Notes: a model not told the origin generated them from the letters alone. A stretch of 64,000 nt of DNA from Flectonema sp. DT1601 (GCA_964019425.1 OZ025799.1:930001-994000), one strand, 5' to 3'. Positions 1 to 14,057 are shown, numbered from the stretch's first letter. A program made the numbers and translations.

Positions 1-213
1 TGTTTTGTTTTTCATTACAATGAACAAACTGAAATATTAAAGAAACTAGTTAGCATTAGAGAGAATCATCAAAATAAATAAATAAATAAATAAAAACCAT
101 TTCTGTAAAACCATACTTCCATCCAGCCCTCTTCAGCGAATACTTTTTTTTTTTTTTTTTTTTCCCCTTTCAATTTAATCAAACATTGCGCGTATATTAT
201 GAGTGCTCTAGGG

Positions 214-282
214 AGTGCACAGCAACAGAGGACCCAATCCGTAGCCGTTTTCAAAGACTAGTTTAGATTGTTGAATTACCTT
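214..282 (+). repeat. Short dispersed repeat (other pieces at ~530-555, ~13480-13535, ~14200-14235)
   Basis: CACAGCAACAGAGGACCCAATCCGT is shared with 14200-14224. CAATCCGTA...AAGACT...GATTGTTGAATTA is shared with 13486-13536. Confidence 0.6.
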
Positions 283-2817
283 TAATTGAAGAGACGCAAT
301 AAACAACTAATCTTCAGCTTTCCACCTTGCCTGGCTCATATAAGACTTTCTTGAATTGAACCACCGTGTGAATCAAACTGTTGGTTTTTATCTGAATTCA
401 GAAAACAATATATCCATACTCCCACCTCTTTAAATAGAATATATAAAAAAAAGGCTGTTTAACAATGTATAATAACAACTTAATCATCAAGTCCGAATGA
501 TCTGTTTTCAGGAAACCCAACACTGATGTACAATCCGTAGTCGTTTCTAAAGACTTTTTGTGTCCGAATTTTTATCTGCATTCTCCTTTATATAAATCAG
601 AAAGCAAAGAGAAGGTACGATCCCAAATAAAAGGGAAACCCCACTTAGGTGAATGAATTTCGTGTATCAGGTCTCCAATAGGTGACGATATGAAGTTTCT
701 TTGAAATTCTCAAAATGGCACTAAAAACAAACAGGTACGTGGGTAGGGTCAATTCGAATGATGAAAAAAAAAAAAAAAAAAAAAAAAGGAAATGATCAAG
801 GAATTCACCAAAAAGAAAAAAAGAATTTCACGTCGTCTCTGTATTAAGCAAAGAGAACACGAAAACCATCTTTCTTGCAACCGCCATTACTTACTTTCCA
901 AAGGCGGGCAAAATAGGGAAAAAAAAAAACGGTCTTTGATAACCTACCCGTAAGAGAATTAGCATTCGTTCGTGTAACAGTAGTCTATTAGAGTTAGTCA
1001 GTTGGAAAAGTCCAACAAGCCACTGAGGACCCGTCGGTTACTATATTAGTAGATTGAACCTAATCCCTGAAAGGATTACTTTATTAGTTTCCGCACACAG
1101 GGCATACTGGATCTGTAGAAGAGATCTGTAACGTTGTCAATAGAGTTTTCAAGCTTCGGTAAAAAAGAAGTATCCTTCACATTCAACAGCAAACAAACAG
1201 TCAGTTTGATTTGCTAACATAGACAGCAAATAGGATACTTGCTGTGATTATTGTTTTGGATTCTCATTTTGGATTGTTATGTTGTGGTAAGGTTTTTCAA
1301 AGAAATGAAAAAAAAATAAATAAAAATAAAATAAAATAAAATAAAATAAATAAACTATCCACTACATAAAGTAACGATTTCTGTTGTAAAAATGCAGTCT
1401 CATCCTTGTGATGGAAGCATGAAAAAGAAAGTTGCCGGGGTGATTGCCAGACTTATCCGAGACATTAATTCCTAATAAATAAAAAAACAGCCTTAAGCTG
1501 TCAATACAGGTTCGGACACAAAATCTGTTCGATAGCGGTTATCGCGCCCGTCAGGACGATCAGTTTCGTGTCCGCATACTCTGTCTCGAAAACTAATGTG
1601 AACGGTCACGCAGTAAACGCGGCTCACAAACAAAAAGTAGCTACGAGAGAACAAAAAAAAAGGAACACAAAAATAAAAACTTAAAAAAAACGAATTAAAA
1701 AAAAAAACATGGATATGTCATAGCTAGTTTCCGACTAACTTAACGCATCCAAAATAATCAAAAAATAAAAAAAGGGAACTGCGTATTATTATTATTTTTT
1801 CAACTCACAATTTTCTCCTCATCTCCCTCCACAAACTAAGAGCGGGTGAAGCAGAGGGAGGAAATAAGAAACAAAAAAAGAAAAAGAAATACACACATAC
1901 AAAAAAGAAAAAAGAAGAAAAAAAACGCTCTAATCGCAAAAGATAAAAAAGGAAGGTTTCGTACCTTAACTACTCACTTGTTCGAAGAAGCGAACAGAGT
2001 AACGGAAGTACTACTAAGAGGAAAAAAACGAAGGAAAAACAGAAGAATAATACCAAAGGGCACTACTTTTTTTACTCGTTTGTACTGTGCACCTTGGCAT
2101 AGAGGATTAAAGAAACAGGGGGGTGAGATGCTCTCATTTTTCCAAAGGAAAAGGTGTATACTCGGAACTTCCCGAGAACACGTGAGGGAAGTTTTTTTTT
2201 TTTTTTTTTTCCCGCAAAACAGCACAACAATCTTCGTATCTACGAGTTTACAACTTGCCAACAGCACACCCGCCGTATTCATAATAAATAACACCACCAG
2301 AAAAGATTCATTTTTTTTCTTTTCAAACTACCAAAAGCTTGAAAGAGAGGTAAACCCAACACCACATCATTTCTTTGATACAAAATCTTAAAAGAAGATA
2401 CGTGCAGTGAGAATTTATTACCATTGCTGGTTGAATAGAACATAAAAAGATTTTTTTTTTTTCAACGGTTCGCTCTATCGCTTCACCGCACGCGCGCGCA
2501 AACTGACGTCGCAGCAGTCGCCTGAACACTCGTTGACGGGTGAGTCGAACACCAGGAGGCACAAATAAATAATGGGGAAAACAAATTCTGTCCAGAGAAA
2601 AGTAAGCCAACGGAAAGGGAAACAAAAAAAAAAAAATAGCTATTCCAAAACATAAAATATTTCAACCACCTCATAGAATCGGAGGAGAGAGCGTTCGGAA
2701 TGATAAAAAACAACATAAAAAATGATGACTGAACTTAACCCCCGCATACGGAATTGTAACTGAAGGAGCAGCACAGATGTCTACATGTCTATCAATTTAT
2801 TAATAAATAGGATCTCA

Positions 2818-4359
2818 TTAAACATTCACATGATCAGATTCCAGATGATCAATTTTAGAACTACAAAAAAAACATTCTTCCCTACTCGCAATCGAACATA
2901 TGTGGAACCTTTTTGGAGCATGCAAAAATGATCTCTTGGGCGACTGAAGAGTAACACCATATCGACTACAACTACTAAAGAGGGGCTCTGATAATGTACT
3001 CGCCACAGTAGGCTGATCAAATGCTGGTGGGAGAGGTGTCATAGGAATCTCAACATCAGAGCTGCATGGCATTGTTAGTGTTTGGAGTTGTCCAAAAGAA
3101 ACAGGTTCCATATTGTCATCCTCACTGTTTGAGTTATCGTTTTCCTCGATAGGAATTATCGGAAGATATTGATACATTATTTTAAAACGAATAACTTCAA
3201 AGATAACTTTACACAACAACAACACTCCTGCACAATACCAACAAATAACACCCACATTACTTGCCCAATGAATAATGATATTTTCCTTTACGGGATCGTA
3301 TGAGATAGTCTGATGTACAACTCCAAAGAGAGTTAGAACAGCACACACCACATTCAAATGAACCATAAAAAGTGAATTATGAATTTCATACATGAATTCC
3401 AATATTATTTGAGTCGCGAGAACGATTATTATTATTATATTTTTATCAGTGCATGTTCCGAAAGAAGTGTTTTCTACTGACGTAACGCCACTGATAATTA
3501 AAACGTGAGTAAGCTCATATAAGACATACAATCCTCGAGTAGGTTTTATATCTCTATAGTCGGATATAAGAGGCTTCATTTTAGATAAATAATGTCCACT
3601 ATCACCCTTTCCATGTTGTTGCCGGATACTGCACCAAACTCCATTTCCAAAAAAATATTTTTGGATTTTTAAAAATCCAGTTGAGCAGTACACTAAGTCA
3701 CCAGTCGGATCTGATGGTAGCAGTACAGATGGAAATCGTTTGAATATTGGATAGGCGATAAGATTACAAGGTGATAATTTTATTAAAATAACAAGCAAAC
3801 AAATCCACATAAGCACTTGAAATACGACAGCCACAGCGATGTCAACAGACCCGTGATTCTGTAACGTATTACGAAAAACATGTAAAGATGCCTCGAACAT
3901 CGCAGGAACATAAAATAAAAATAACGAAATTGCTGAACCCGGACAAGCCACCAGTGAGGTCCCCGGAAGATACCTCGAAACAGCCATATGAATTCCGTAC
4001 AGCAACACAAATGAAACTGATAATAGAATCATGTCTCCGACTAAGAGGTTTGTTTTTGCATTAGATATTGAAAGATCGATCGGAGAGAATAAATGTTTTA
4101 TTTCACCAGAGAGATCATCTGAACAGTATGATGACTTCACGATTAAAATCTGTCTCGTTACTACGGGAAGTCCAGCACCGTTCCCATACAATACAATACT
4201 TGAAGCAATTGATGTGTACGCGACAATAGTATGAAGTGTTTGAAGTCCACTCAAATCATCTCTCAAATCAATCTCTGCAGGTGTGACATCCGTAACGTTG
4301 TTATCATCAGCGAGACAAGTCAAAAACAACAGCTGGAATACCAGCAGTAAGATTACCAT
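2818..4359 (-). CDS. Multi-pass membrane protein with signal peptide (513 aa), function unknown
   Basis: Long ORF with hydrophobic N-terminus MVILLLVFQLLFLTCLA, many hydrophobic segments, and an acidic/Pro-rich tail ending in a Cys/His cluster (HICSIASREECFFC). Confidence 0.7.
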   Translation of the reverse strand: MVILLLVFQLLFLTCLADDNNVTDVTPAEIDLRDDLSGLQTLHTIVAYTSIASSIVLYGNGAGLPVVTRQILIVKSSYCSDDLSGEIKHLFSPIDLSISNAKTNLLVGDMILLSVSFVLLYGIHMAVSRYLPGTSLVACPGSAISLFLFYVPAMFEASLHVFRNTLQNHGSVDIAVAVVFQVLMWICLLVILIKLSPCNLIAYPIFKRFPSVLLPSDPTGDLVYCSTGFLKIQKYFFGNGVWCSIRQQHGKGDSGHYLSKMKPLISDYRDIKPTRGLYVLYELTHVLIISGVTSVENTSFGTCTDKNIIIIIVLATQIILEFMYEIHNSLFMVHLNVVCAVLTLFGVVHQTISYDPVKENIIIHWASNVGVICWYCAGVLLLCKVIFEVIRFKIMYQYLPIIPIEENDNSNSEDDNMEPVSFGQLQTLTMPCSSDVEIPMTPLPPAFDQPTVASTLSEPLFSSCSRYGVTLQSPKRSFLHAPKRFHICSIASREECFFCSSKIDHLESDHVNV

Positions 4360-5188
4360 AATTTATACATTGTGACTGTTTTAGAGAGAGTGTGAGAATT
4401 GAGAAGGTAAGATCAGACCCGTCAACACAGAGTTATGATAAGTGATGTTGTGCGTCCAACTGTAGAATGAGATTATTAAACTAATTAACACATCGAATCA
4501 GAATTACTCTAACAAGGCAACCTTGAACCTCAATATAATAACAGGGTTTCGTTTATTGAGTACCTTAAACACTTTTTTTTTTCGTCTTTTTTTTTTTTTT
4601 TTTTTTTTTCTTTTGGTATTCCTCACCCTTAATTCGAAACCCAGAAACCTGCTATGTGGTAAACCTACACCACAATAACTGAGAGAGCTAGCTGCGTACG
4701 GAGCTATCCCTTTTTGAATGGTAATTGCTGTAGGCTCACCTACGGCGACCTTTTGCTTACTTGCTGAGAAAAACTTCCAATACAGAGAGGAAACGCATGC
4801 CAACAATAGATTAAAAATATCAATAAAATGAAACACGATAAACTTTATTTATTTGAGCAGATGGAACCCGCAAAACGCAGAAATGCGTAACTATCAGAGT
4901 AAAGAAAGCGTATTAAATAATAACTTTAACTTTACATGATATGCCACTGAGGCGATCAGGGCATTAAGATGACCCCGAACCTCAAAAAAAAGGAGAGTCA
5001 AGCTGTAATATTGTGAAGGATGAAAGAATGATAAAATATTAAGTGGATATGACTCTCCACTGGATCACAATAAAACCTTCAAAGCATTGAAATAGCAAAA
5101 AAAAAAAAAAAAAAAAAAAGGGAATCGATTTTCGACTGAGGCAGCTTACGCTATGAATCCGTGTTTTAAAAGAGATAGAGAAGGCGAT

Positions 5189-6472
5189 TTACTGTTTGGT
5201 ATCCCTGTGGGTCTGACATGCATTAACGATACAACAGATAGCATTAGAGAACGAAAAGGTATCTCTTCTGGAACAATGAATGTGAATTGGTTTCTCACTG
5301 TCGCTTTCACTCTTAAAGTGGGATATGAAAAACGGTTCCGCTTTGGTGTGAAATTCACATCCATTTTCATACCAACAAGGGATCTCGTGAATCCTGGCTA
5401 CTTTAATAGCAAATTCCGGTTGAATATATTTGTGAGGAATAATTCGATTGAAAAACCCATCGTCATCCATGTCGCTAAAAAGTCGTTGTTTATACGAATC
5501 ACACTTGTTCTTCAACTCCTCCTGATCTGATCCAATGCCTAACAGTATCGGTATATTCTTCACTGTCATTACTCTCTTATCGAATGAAGGAAGTAAAGGT
5601 GTGGCTTTTGGTTTTGGCATAACAGGTCGTCCACATACTCTCGGTAGGAATTCAGTATAAAAACTTTTGTATGCATCAAAAGAACCGACTACTGTATAAG
5701 GAAGTACATTGGGAAGAGTAGGACAACTCTCTCTTGCTTTGTGTAAAATCCATGCGAACATCTTTGGATCAAAAGTACTTCCTTTTGTTAAAATGATATC
5801 ACAATTGTTATCTGAAAGCAGTTTTTCAATTCGATTCCACACATCAAGATAGTCGTCTGTTGCATCAGTGACTGACATCCCTCCCAGTGATAAAGGTATA
5901 CCGTGAATTCTACTGATGTTAAAGCCAAGAGTTAATCGTGAAGTGGAATACTTTTCTGCTTGTTTTTTATGGTCTTCTTTTGAAACAGCTAACGGTGAGC
6001 AATCGAAATGGGGTTCTATAAGAAGTTTTCCAGGAGTCTTGAAATGAAAGTGATAACATTCACCATTCTCATACTTCATACTTTCTGTACTAAAATAGTT
6101 CACCAAAACTGTTCCCTCCAAACAGGTCGCCATTCCTCCGGCGTCGATCCCTTCAAAGTCAACAACTGCGAATGAAGGAAGTTGTTTATCGCTGCGGAAG
6201 TTATCAGTGTCTTTTAAATAACTTTTTAGAATATCATTTTTAACATAAATCATGTCAGCTGCTATCTTATCACTTCCTAAAGGAGCGTTCTCATGAACTA
6301 AATCAACATCACTTAAAGTCTCAACGTATCGTAAACACTCTAAAATCTTTCTATCGCATCTGAACTCTTCACTGTCAGGATTGGTGAGGACGTCATCGAC
6401 ATAACGATCTTCATCAATATCACATATTACATCTTCTTCTGATTCAGTATCAGATTGGCTTAAGTAAGACAT
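5189..6472 (-). CDS. Maelstrom (MAEL)-domain / DEDDh RNase H-fold nuclease
   Basis: Motifs VVDFEG, CLEG, YHFHFKTPG, IHGIP, GSTFD, GCEFH and HCSRRD occur in MAEL order. Start moved from the GTG at 6493 to the ATG at 6472, which follows an AAACAG acceptor-like site. Confidence 0.7.
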   Translation of the reverse strand: MSYLSQSDTESEEDVICDIDEDRYVDDVLTNPDSEEFRCDRKILECLRYVETLSDVDLVHENAPLGSDKIAADMIYVKNDILKSYLKDTDNFRSDKQLPSFAVVDFEGIDAGGMATCLEGTVLVNYFSTESMKYENGECYHFHFKTPGKLLIEPHFDCSPLAVSKEDHKKQAEKYSTSRLTLGFNISRIHGIPLSLGGMSVTDATDDYLDVWNRIEKLLSDNNCDIILTKGSTFDPKMFAWILHKARESCPTLPNVLPYTVVGSFDAYKSFYTEFLPRVCGRPVMPKPKATPLLPSFDKRVMTVKNIPILLGIGSDQEELKNKCDSYKQRLFSDMDDDGFFNRIIPHKYIQPEFAIKVARIHEIPCWYENGCEFHTKAEPFFISHFKSESDSEKPIHIHCSRRDTFSFSNAICCIVNACQTHRDTKQ

Positions 6473-7849
6473 CGTACGGTGGGTAGGACTCACTGTTTAG
6501 GGTTAAGTATGAATTACAATACAGAAAAAAAAAAAACTTAATTTCTCAAACAACATAACAAAAAAAAAAAAAAAAAAAAAACGAGTCGGAGGTTCCCTCT
6601 AACACAGAGGTACACAGAAATAGTATCGAGGGAAGCTAGAATAAGAAATGACTGATACAAGTAGAATGAACAATTTCCCAACTTGTAGTTTTATATGCAG
6701 GATAGTATCCCATCTCTGATAAGAAAGAAGAGTTAATCAAATCGTGTGCACTGAAATCTTCATCCTGGTCAGACTGTGAGAGTTAGAAATCAATTATAAA
6801 GATTTCGTCATTTCCTAAAGAATTGGTTATAAGGGGGTGAAACTTTGACAATGTAAAAACAGTAACAACTTTAGGTATTAAAGAAAACAAAATTAATATC
6901 AAGTACTTGACTGAAAAATATTTGTAGTTGTTAATCAAAGAAAATTACCTTTAGAAGAAAGAAAAAATATAAAGAGATAACTATATTTTTTGTCTTATTG
7001 ACCAGAAAACGTTGTCGAATCTGGTAATTCGGGGACCACGTACTAACAGGTTAAGCATCCCATACCCTGTAGTCAGTTAAAACTTACATGGTTATAAGAG
7101 GGGGAAAAAAATGAAAAAAACAACCTTTATATAAAGTAAATTTGGATAGTTTTGGTAGATAGTGGAAGAAATGAAAAAAAAGAAAAGAGTACCTGGTCAC
7201 TGGATAAGACAACGACGTGTAAAGAAAAAAATAATAAATTGTAAGCAAAAAGAAACCACAAAAACCAACTTCTATTACTGTCATCCGTATTGTGTAGAAG
7301 TCAGTCAGTCAGCTACTGGCTCTGGAGGGGCAGTTGCCTTTCATTGTGTTCGTGGGTAAGAGAGGAAAGTGAGAGAGCTCCAAACTGTAGAACCTTACCA
7401 CATATTCCTGAAGTGTTTTACTTGATAAGAGTACTGACCCCGCAAGAAAGAAAAAAGAAAACAACTCCTCTGACTTTTATTCCTTATTTCTTTTTAAGAA
7501 CCAATCCACATAAAAAATAAATAAATAAATAAAAGAAGAGGGGGGGAGAAATCGAAACCTCGCTAAATAATTCACGAAAAAGTTAACACAAAAGGATGGG
7601 TGTCCTGCCTTAATCAAGCTTGAGCGGAACATCAATTTTTGGAAGTAAGTTGGCCAACACCTAAATCCTGCGTCTTTTCTTTTTCTTTTTCTTTTTTTTT
7701 TTTTGTTTCTTTCTTCTTATACAAACTCATTGCGTACCACCCCACCATCTGCTTATCTTAGTGACTTAATGTGTCTCGCTACGACAGCAAAAAAAAATGG
7801 TATAGCAGCAATGTAATATAAATATTTTCTTTTTAAAAAAAAAAGTGGA

Positions 7850-8941
7850 TCATGGGTTTAAAAAACTTTTTATTTTTTCATTAAAAAAATTAGGATTGTC
7901 TAAATAGATATGATGCCCGGCACCAGGGACAATGTCGTATGTTGAATTCCCTTTAAAGTCTTGACACATATCCCTACCTGTTTGCTTATCCATCCAGGTA
8001 TTTTCTCCAAATAAAAAATTAATTGGAATATCATGATTAGATAATGGTTGAAGTCGATTGACTAGAGGACGACTGGCCCATGCAAATGGAATTTGCAATT
8101 TCATAAACGCGATTTCACCCGTTGGAGGTGAAGCTGCATTACATTGATAAATATAAGACTCCATTTCCCCATTAGGATAATCTCGACCCCAATTTTTTGA
8201 TAAATCCTTACGAAATCTTGGAAGCAACCCTGGACCCAAAGGACCAATAGCTCTCAATAAAAACAACGGTGATGTCTTGGTAGCAATAGCAGCATACGCC
8301 CTAATAAACCACGGCAGGTTTTTCATACGATTGCGAGACTTTGCATCTTGTACAGAAAGACCCCAAGGATCACATAAGATAATTCTTTCAACCGTAGTCG
8401 GATATTTTAGAGCGAAACAAGCTGATAGATGACCTCCAAAAGAATGCCCAATTAATGTCGTTTTATTAATTTGATCAGATTTGTGATCTGGTTCGTCGAG
8501 TAGTAGCAGTTGGAGTTTGTGTAATTTTTTAATAAAATATTTCTCAGCTGCATCTTCATTCTTGAATGATGCACTTTTTCGACTGCTTCTTCCAAATCCA
8601 GGAAGATCAACAAAGTACGCCGTGTCAGAGGCTTCGATTATTTCAACTATGTTTTTTGCCCACATTGCACTTCCTCCAGCAAATCCGTGTAAAACCATCG
8701 ATACGCTCTTTCCTTTGTTAGGTTTACTCGATTGTCCTTTAATAACTGAAATAGTGTCACCACCTCCCAAATGAATTTGACTTGCCTTGAGTACAACACC
8801 GCGTTCATTTGCTCGTTCGCATACTGGTTTCATTACTGCTTTTTCAGCTTTTAGTGCGCGAGTTTGGCAGGCTGGAGTCCAGATTTGGCAGTCGTTCGAT
8901 CCTTCTTCAACTTTCATGTAGGATGTCCATGGAATCGGCAT
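7850..8941 (-). CDS. ABHD4/ABHD5 (CGI-58/Ict1/Cld1)-like alpha/beta hydrolase, lipase/acyltransferase
   Basis: LHGFAGG, DLPGFGRS, nucleophile elbow GHSFGG, DPWG and a C-terminal HHIYLD (HxxxxD) motif. Confidence 0.9.
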   Translation of the reverse strand: MPIPWTSYMKVEEGSNDCQIWTPACQTRALKAEKAVMKPVCERANERGVVLKASQIHLGGGDTISVIKGQSSKPNKGKSVSMVLHGFAGGSAMWAKNIVEIIEASDTAYFVDLPGFGRSSRKSASFKNEDAAEKYFIKKLHKLQLLLLDEPDHKSDQINKTTLIGHSFGGHLSACFALKYPTTVERIILCDPWGLSVQDAKSRNRMKNLPWFIRAYAAIATKTSPLFLLRAIGPLGPGLLPRFRKDLSKNWGRDYPNGEMESYIYQCNAASPPTGEIAFMKLQIPFAWASRPLVNRLQPLSNHDIPINFLFGENTWMDKQTGRDMCQDFKGNSTYDIVPGAGHHIYLDNPNFFNEKIKSFLNP

Positions 8942-11900
8942 CGTTGTTGTTTTTTAAGGAAGAGAAAACTGATAAATTAATGTTATTTAATAACCACACG
9001 CCGTGAGACTTCCTGTTTGAGTAATTATAAGTTTTAAAAAAAAAAAAAAAATTAAAAATTAAAAAACCAATAAACAATAACAAGTAGCACTGTTCAATTA
9101 CCTTTTTTCATTTTTATTTTATTCTATTTCATTTTTTTTTTTTTTTCCGGTTCGTTCCTCCCATTCGGAGGTAGAGAGGTCGACCCAAGTAAAAAAAAAA
9201 AATAAATAAATAAAAAAAGGAAAAAAAAGAACGAACGAACGAAAAAAAAAAAAAAGGAAATAAAATTTTTTTTTTTTGGGGCAAATGGGATTAAATAAAC
9301 TTTTTTTAAAAAAAAAAGAAAAAGTGAAAGGGAAAAAACGAAGAAAGCAGCACTGCGGAAAAAGTCAAGCCGCACATGCGTCCTTCAAATAATTTAATGA
9401 AACAGCCGATACACAACACATGCCGCCCTATTCTTTTTTTTTTTTTTTTTCCTTCTCCAAAAAGAATACTGACGGCATGTAAGTTCGATTTTTTTTTTTT
9501 TTTTTTTTTTACTCATTTTTATCTCCTGACTAGCAAATGGTTTTTTTTTTTTTTTTTTTTTAAATTTTTCCGTTCCAGCGTCCATGGGAAATTACTATTC
9601 TCGAAAGGGAGAAAGAAAGAAAAAGAGGAAGGGAATTGAAGAGAGAGAGAGAAACAAAAAAAAAAAAAAAAAAAAAACCAAAGCCAACGGGGGGATGTAT
9701 GTTCGATTTTGTAACCAAAGCCAACGGGGGGTTTGCACTGAAATTATTATACCAGTAAAAATGAAGACGAAAGAGGCATCAATTTTGCTATCAAAATAGC
9801 AAACCAGAAGGAAGCTTAATTCGTCTACAATTTTTTTTTTTTTTTTTTTTTAAAAATTTTTCCCTACAGGTATTGTTCCCAGCGGGGATCTCTCCACAAT
9901 TGAGAATTTCGCCCACCAACATAGAAAAATGCGCTCGGTCCAATACGATGGAAAAATACTTACTTATGATTCATTTTGCTTTTTCATCATTTTTTTTTTT
10001 TTTTTTAAATCTCTTTCAAAAAGTTGTCTATTACTGCAATTTCAATAATTGACTATGGCTTACACAAAGAGACTTTTTTGCTTTAACAAAACAATGCAGA
10101 AAATGGAGAACGAAAATGCTAAAACGGGGAAAATGGAGTGAAATAGATGGAGTGAGCGCAAGCGTAAAATAAAAAAAAACCAAAATACGGGAATGGTAGA
10201 GGGAAATGAAATTATGAAGTGAAGTAAGGGAAGGGCAGATAAAACAACTATAGTAGTACCGAACTTAATAAAGACAAAGAAAGAAGAAAATAACAAATAC
10301 TATTCTGCACCACGTCGCACATGAATAGCTGTAAGGCCAAACGTAGGGTACACAAGTCAATACCGAGCAATACACACGTTTAGCACCATAGCACTTTTTC
10401 TTTACCGCTGGTGACCGCTGTTGACAACATATTTTTTTTTTTTTTTTTTTTTTCCCCTTATTCGTATCTACAGAGAATTTCTGATTTTTGCCATACTTCA
10501 TAAGGAGAAAAGTTTAAAAAAAACCTTCGAACATATTATAACAACAACAGTGCCCAACGTATACTGAACAAGTACGCATCATGTTGTAAGGGAAAAGAAA
10601 CATAAATTGTGTTTTCTTTTGTTTTGTTTTTTAATCTCAACAAGGGATGAAAAAGTGCACACGACATAGACAAACAACCAACAGCAAAACACTGAAATCA
10701 GGGAAAATAGAAATAAAAAGAGAATCGGACAGACTGCTGAGAGAAGCCCGATTCGGCACGCGTAGATTTAGAAACTCACAAAACATGAACACCACGTGAT
10801 TCTGGGTCACACAAACAACGAAGAGAATAAGTCAGACGATTAGAAAACTAAATTCATAACGTCAAGGAACAAGGAAGAAAAAAATTATGAAAACACCGTC
10901 ACATGTGTAGTCATCTTTTAGTGTTTTGCTGCGATTTGATAATAAATAAGAAGAGAAAAGAAATTGAAAGGTGGGGGAGAGAGGGGGGAAAGAAGTCTTG
11001 ACCTGAAATATACCTACCACCATTACAGCTAGCCACGCGACAAGGTCCCAGAGAGCCTTTTATTAACTAGTCGGGTGAAAACACTACTTGCTTAAGTATG
11101 TGCATTGTAGCAGCGAAAGAAAAAAAAACTAGAAATACGCCGTATTACCCTTTTCGGACGAATGAAGAGAGAGAATTAAAAAAGAAAATTCAAAGTTGGC
11201 ATTATTCGCTTTGAACTACTTTGCTGAAGTACTGAATAAGGTGCCGAGAAACTTCTCATGGAGAGAATTCTTCAAAGTGGGCAATACGGACACAGGGAGG
11301 TCACTAGGGGGGCATGAAAGGGTAGTGACCTCCCACCTCCCCTAAGGGATGAAGGGATGTTCGATTGAAAAAAAAAGAAAAAACTCCACCCTCGCAAATT
11401 CATTCCAAGACTAAAAAAAATTAAAAAAAAAAATAGAAATAAACAAGCATAGGCAGTCGGTAAAAAAGAATATTGCAAAGGTAACGTGTGTGGAGGTGAA
11501 AAAAACGAAACAGAGAAAGCACAAAATACATAACAACTTCTTACTCATCGTTGGTTTGTTCTCAGTTTATCTCTCTTCTGTTTTCAATATTTAGGAAACG
11601 AAAGAAGGGACGAAAGCAGGGAAGGAAAAGACGCATGCTATAAACACTTCCCTTTTATTCTTCTTTTTTTTCCCCTCCCAAACCCACTAACGAAACACTT
11701 GGAAGGCATAATGCCGGAAAAAATATAACCCAAAGCAGGTAATTCTACAACACCTTAGACTTGCGGTGTAAGATGAATGATATCTTAGTTTACAAAAAAA
11801 ATAGAAAAATTTTCTTTTCTTTTTTTTTTTTTTTTTGTCAGCTTTTTACACCTAAACCTGTCCCAATTCATAAGCAAAAGACTACCTGAAAAACTTTTCA

Positions 11901-13662
11901 AAAAAAAAAAAAAAAAATGGAAAAAAAATATCCAAATAATTCACTCAGGGGGTATACACAATAATTGCTATTAGTAAACATAGCACGATTCAATTCAGGG
12001 CAGAAAAAAAAATTAGCATTGCCACGCTAATATACTGCATCGTTCAGTAAGGTATGAACACACTTGTCAATATCTCTTGATGACTGCGTAGGAGTCGGAC
12101 TGCACGGTATCCAATACAATAAATAGAGAAACTTCAACTTAAGTGTAAAGGACTTGTTTTTTAATATAATTATCAAAAAAAGAAGAAAAAAAAAACAGGA
12201 GGGGGTGAAAAGTTTCAATTCAGGATTCTTTAAGCTTTGACTGGAACAGGAATGATGTAAAAGCAAAATTTCACAACGACACGCGGAGAATCAAATAAAC
12301 AAAATCTCAAAGAGAATAGCATCTCCTACTTAAGAAATCTGAGAAAAAAAAGCAGGAGACAATAATGAAAAAAAAAGGGAAAAAAAAAAACAATAATGTC
12401 GGATCCGATACCTTCTAAGTGGGAAACATTAGTGAGAACATTACACCACAAGGAAGGTCATTCTCCTTCTTTGTATCTCTTAAGGTTCTTATTGTGTGTT
12501 CACCGCATTGGAAAAAAACATTCTTCCAAACTAATCAACAAAAGTAAGAATACAGAGATGAGGTAGGCTATCAGAAAGCAGACCAACAGGAAAAAAAAAA
12601 AAAAAAAAGTGAAATATTACACGCACCAAGCCAGCTTTAGGGAAAAAAAAAAAAAAAAGAAGAGGCAATTGCTGACCGATTCTTTTTTTTTTTTTTTTTT
12701 TTTTTTTTCAATGTTACAACTCAGAAAGCAGACGGCTACACGTACTAAACAAGTCCTTAAGTAATGAACTTTGTTCTTTTTATACGCGACACTAGTCGCA
12801 GTTAATTAAACGAGAATATTAAAGACGAAAATAATTTTCGTAAAGAAGTTTTGTTAAAATGTAATTTGACGAGAAGTGGGAACGGGGAACGAGCCTTAAG
12901 AGGGTGATCAAGTTGCTGTTGTTGTGTTTTCCTTCCTTTCTTTGAATTCAGTTGAGTTTCTTAAGTATAATAATAATGTGGACAACAACAACAAAATAAA
13001 TAAATAAAAATGTGTATTTGAAAATAACTGTTCAAAATAAAAATAAAAATGTGGGGAAAAGTGAGTCAGATAGTGCTACAATTGTTGCCAGAAATTTGCT
13101 TTTTTTTTTTTTTCAAAAATAAGGATAAGAAAAAAAAAGGGGGGGGGGAAATTGTTTTGCGTAGAAAAGCGATTCTTTCTCGTTGATGTTTTTTTCAATT
13201 TCAACTTCAGAGGGTAATTTTGCTTTTACAGGGTTTTTTTTTTTAGAAAAGAATATTGTCCTTCAAGTATACCACCTGCGGCAAAGACTAAAGAGGGCCA
13301 CAGGCGTACCTTTGAAAACAAATGCAAAGAAAAAAGAGGGGAGAATGAGATATAACCTTTACCTAAGACCTAAATTTAAGAAGACTTTGCGTACACTGCA
13401 TTCCTGCAAAAAAAAAAAAATTCAATCAAATGCAAAAAAAGAAATTCGTAGAATTGTCTAACTTAGTATGTAATCCACTCACAGCAATCCGTAACTGTTT
13501 CCGAAGACTCAACCATGGATTTGATTGTTGAATTAGCGCCAACTATCCACGACAATCAGAATTATTTTTTTATTTTTTTTAATTTTTTTTTTTATGCATC
13601 AACAGAAATGCTTGAATCACAACAGTACTCTTCAGGGTGATGATGAAAGAAGTTTAAGAAAT

Positions 13663-13693
<31 letters not shown>

Positions 13694-14057
13694 CCCCCTC
13701 CAAACTGGTTTTTAAAATCAAAAAAAAAAAAAAGACGTATGAATCGGACTTTCTTAGAAACAGACCCTCACGAAAGATAAGATTTCGAAATGCACATCTA
13801 TCTAACGACACCATCAATAAAGTAATAAGGTTAATACGTAACTAGGGTAGGCGGTATTTTTTGTACATGAAATAGAGAAAAAAGGAAGAAGGGGAAAAAA
13901 AAAGAAAAAAAATACGTCATTCACTTTTTCGTCCTTCTGAAGTCCGAGAGGACCATTTGCTAAGACGCTCAATGAGTATAGAGATCCCCAATAATGCGGC
14001 AATAACATACAGTGGCGCTAATAAAAAGAACGATGACGGCAAAGATTGAACCGAATA

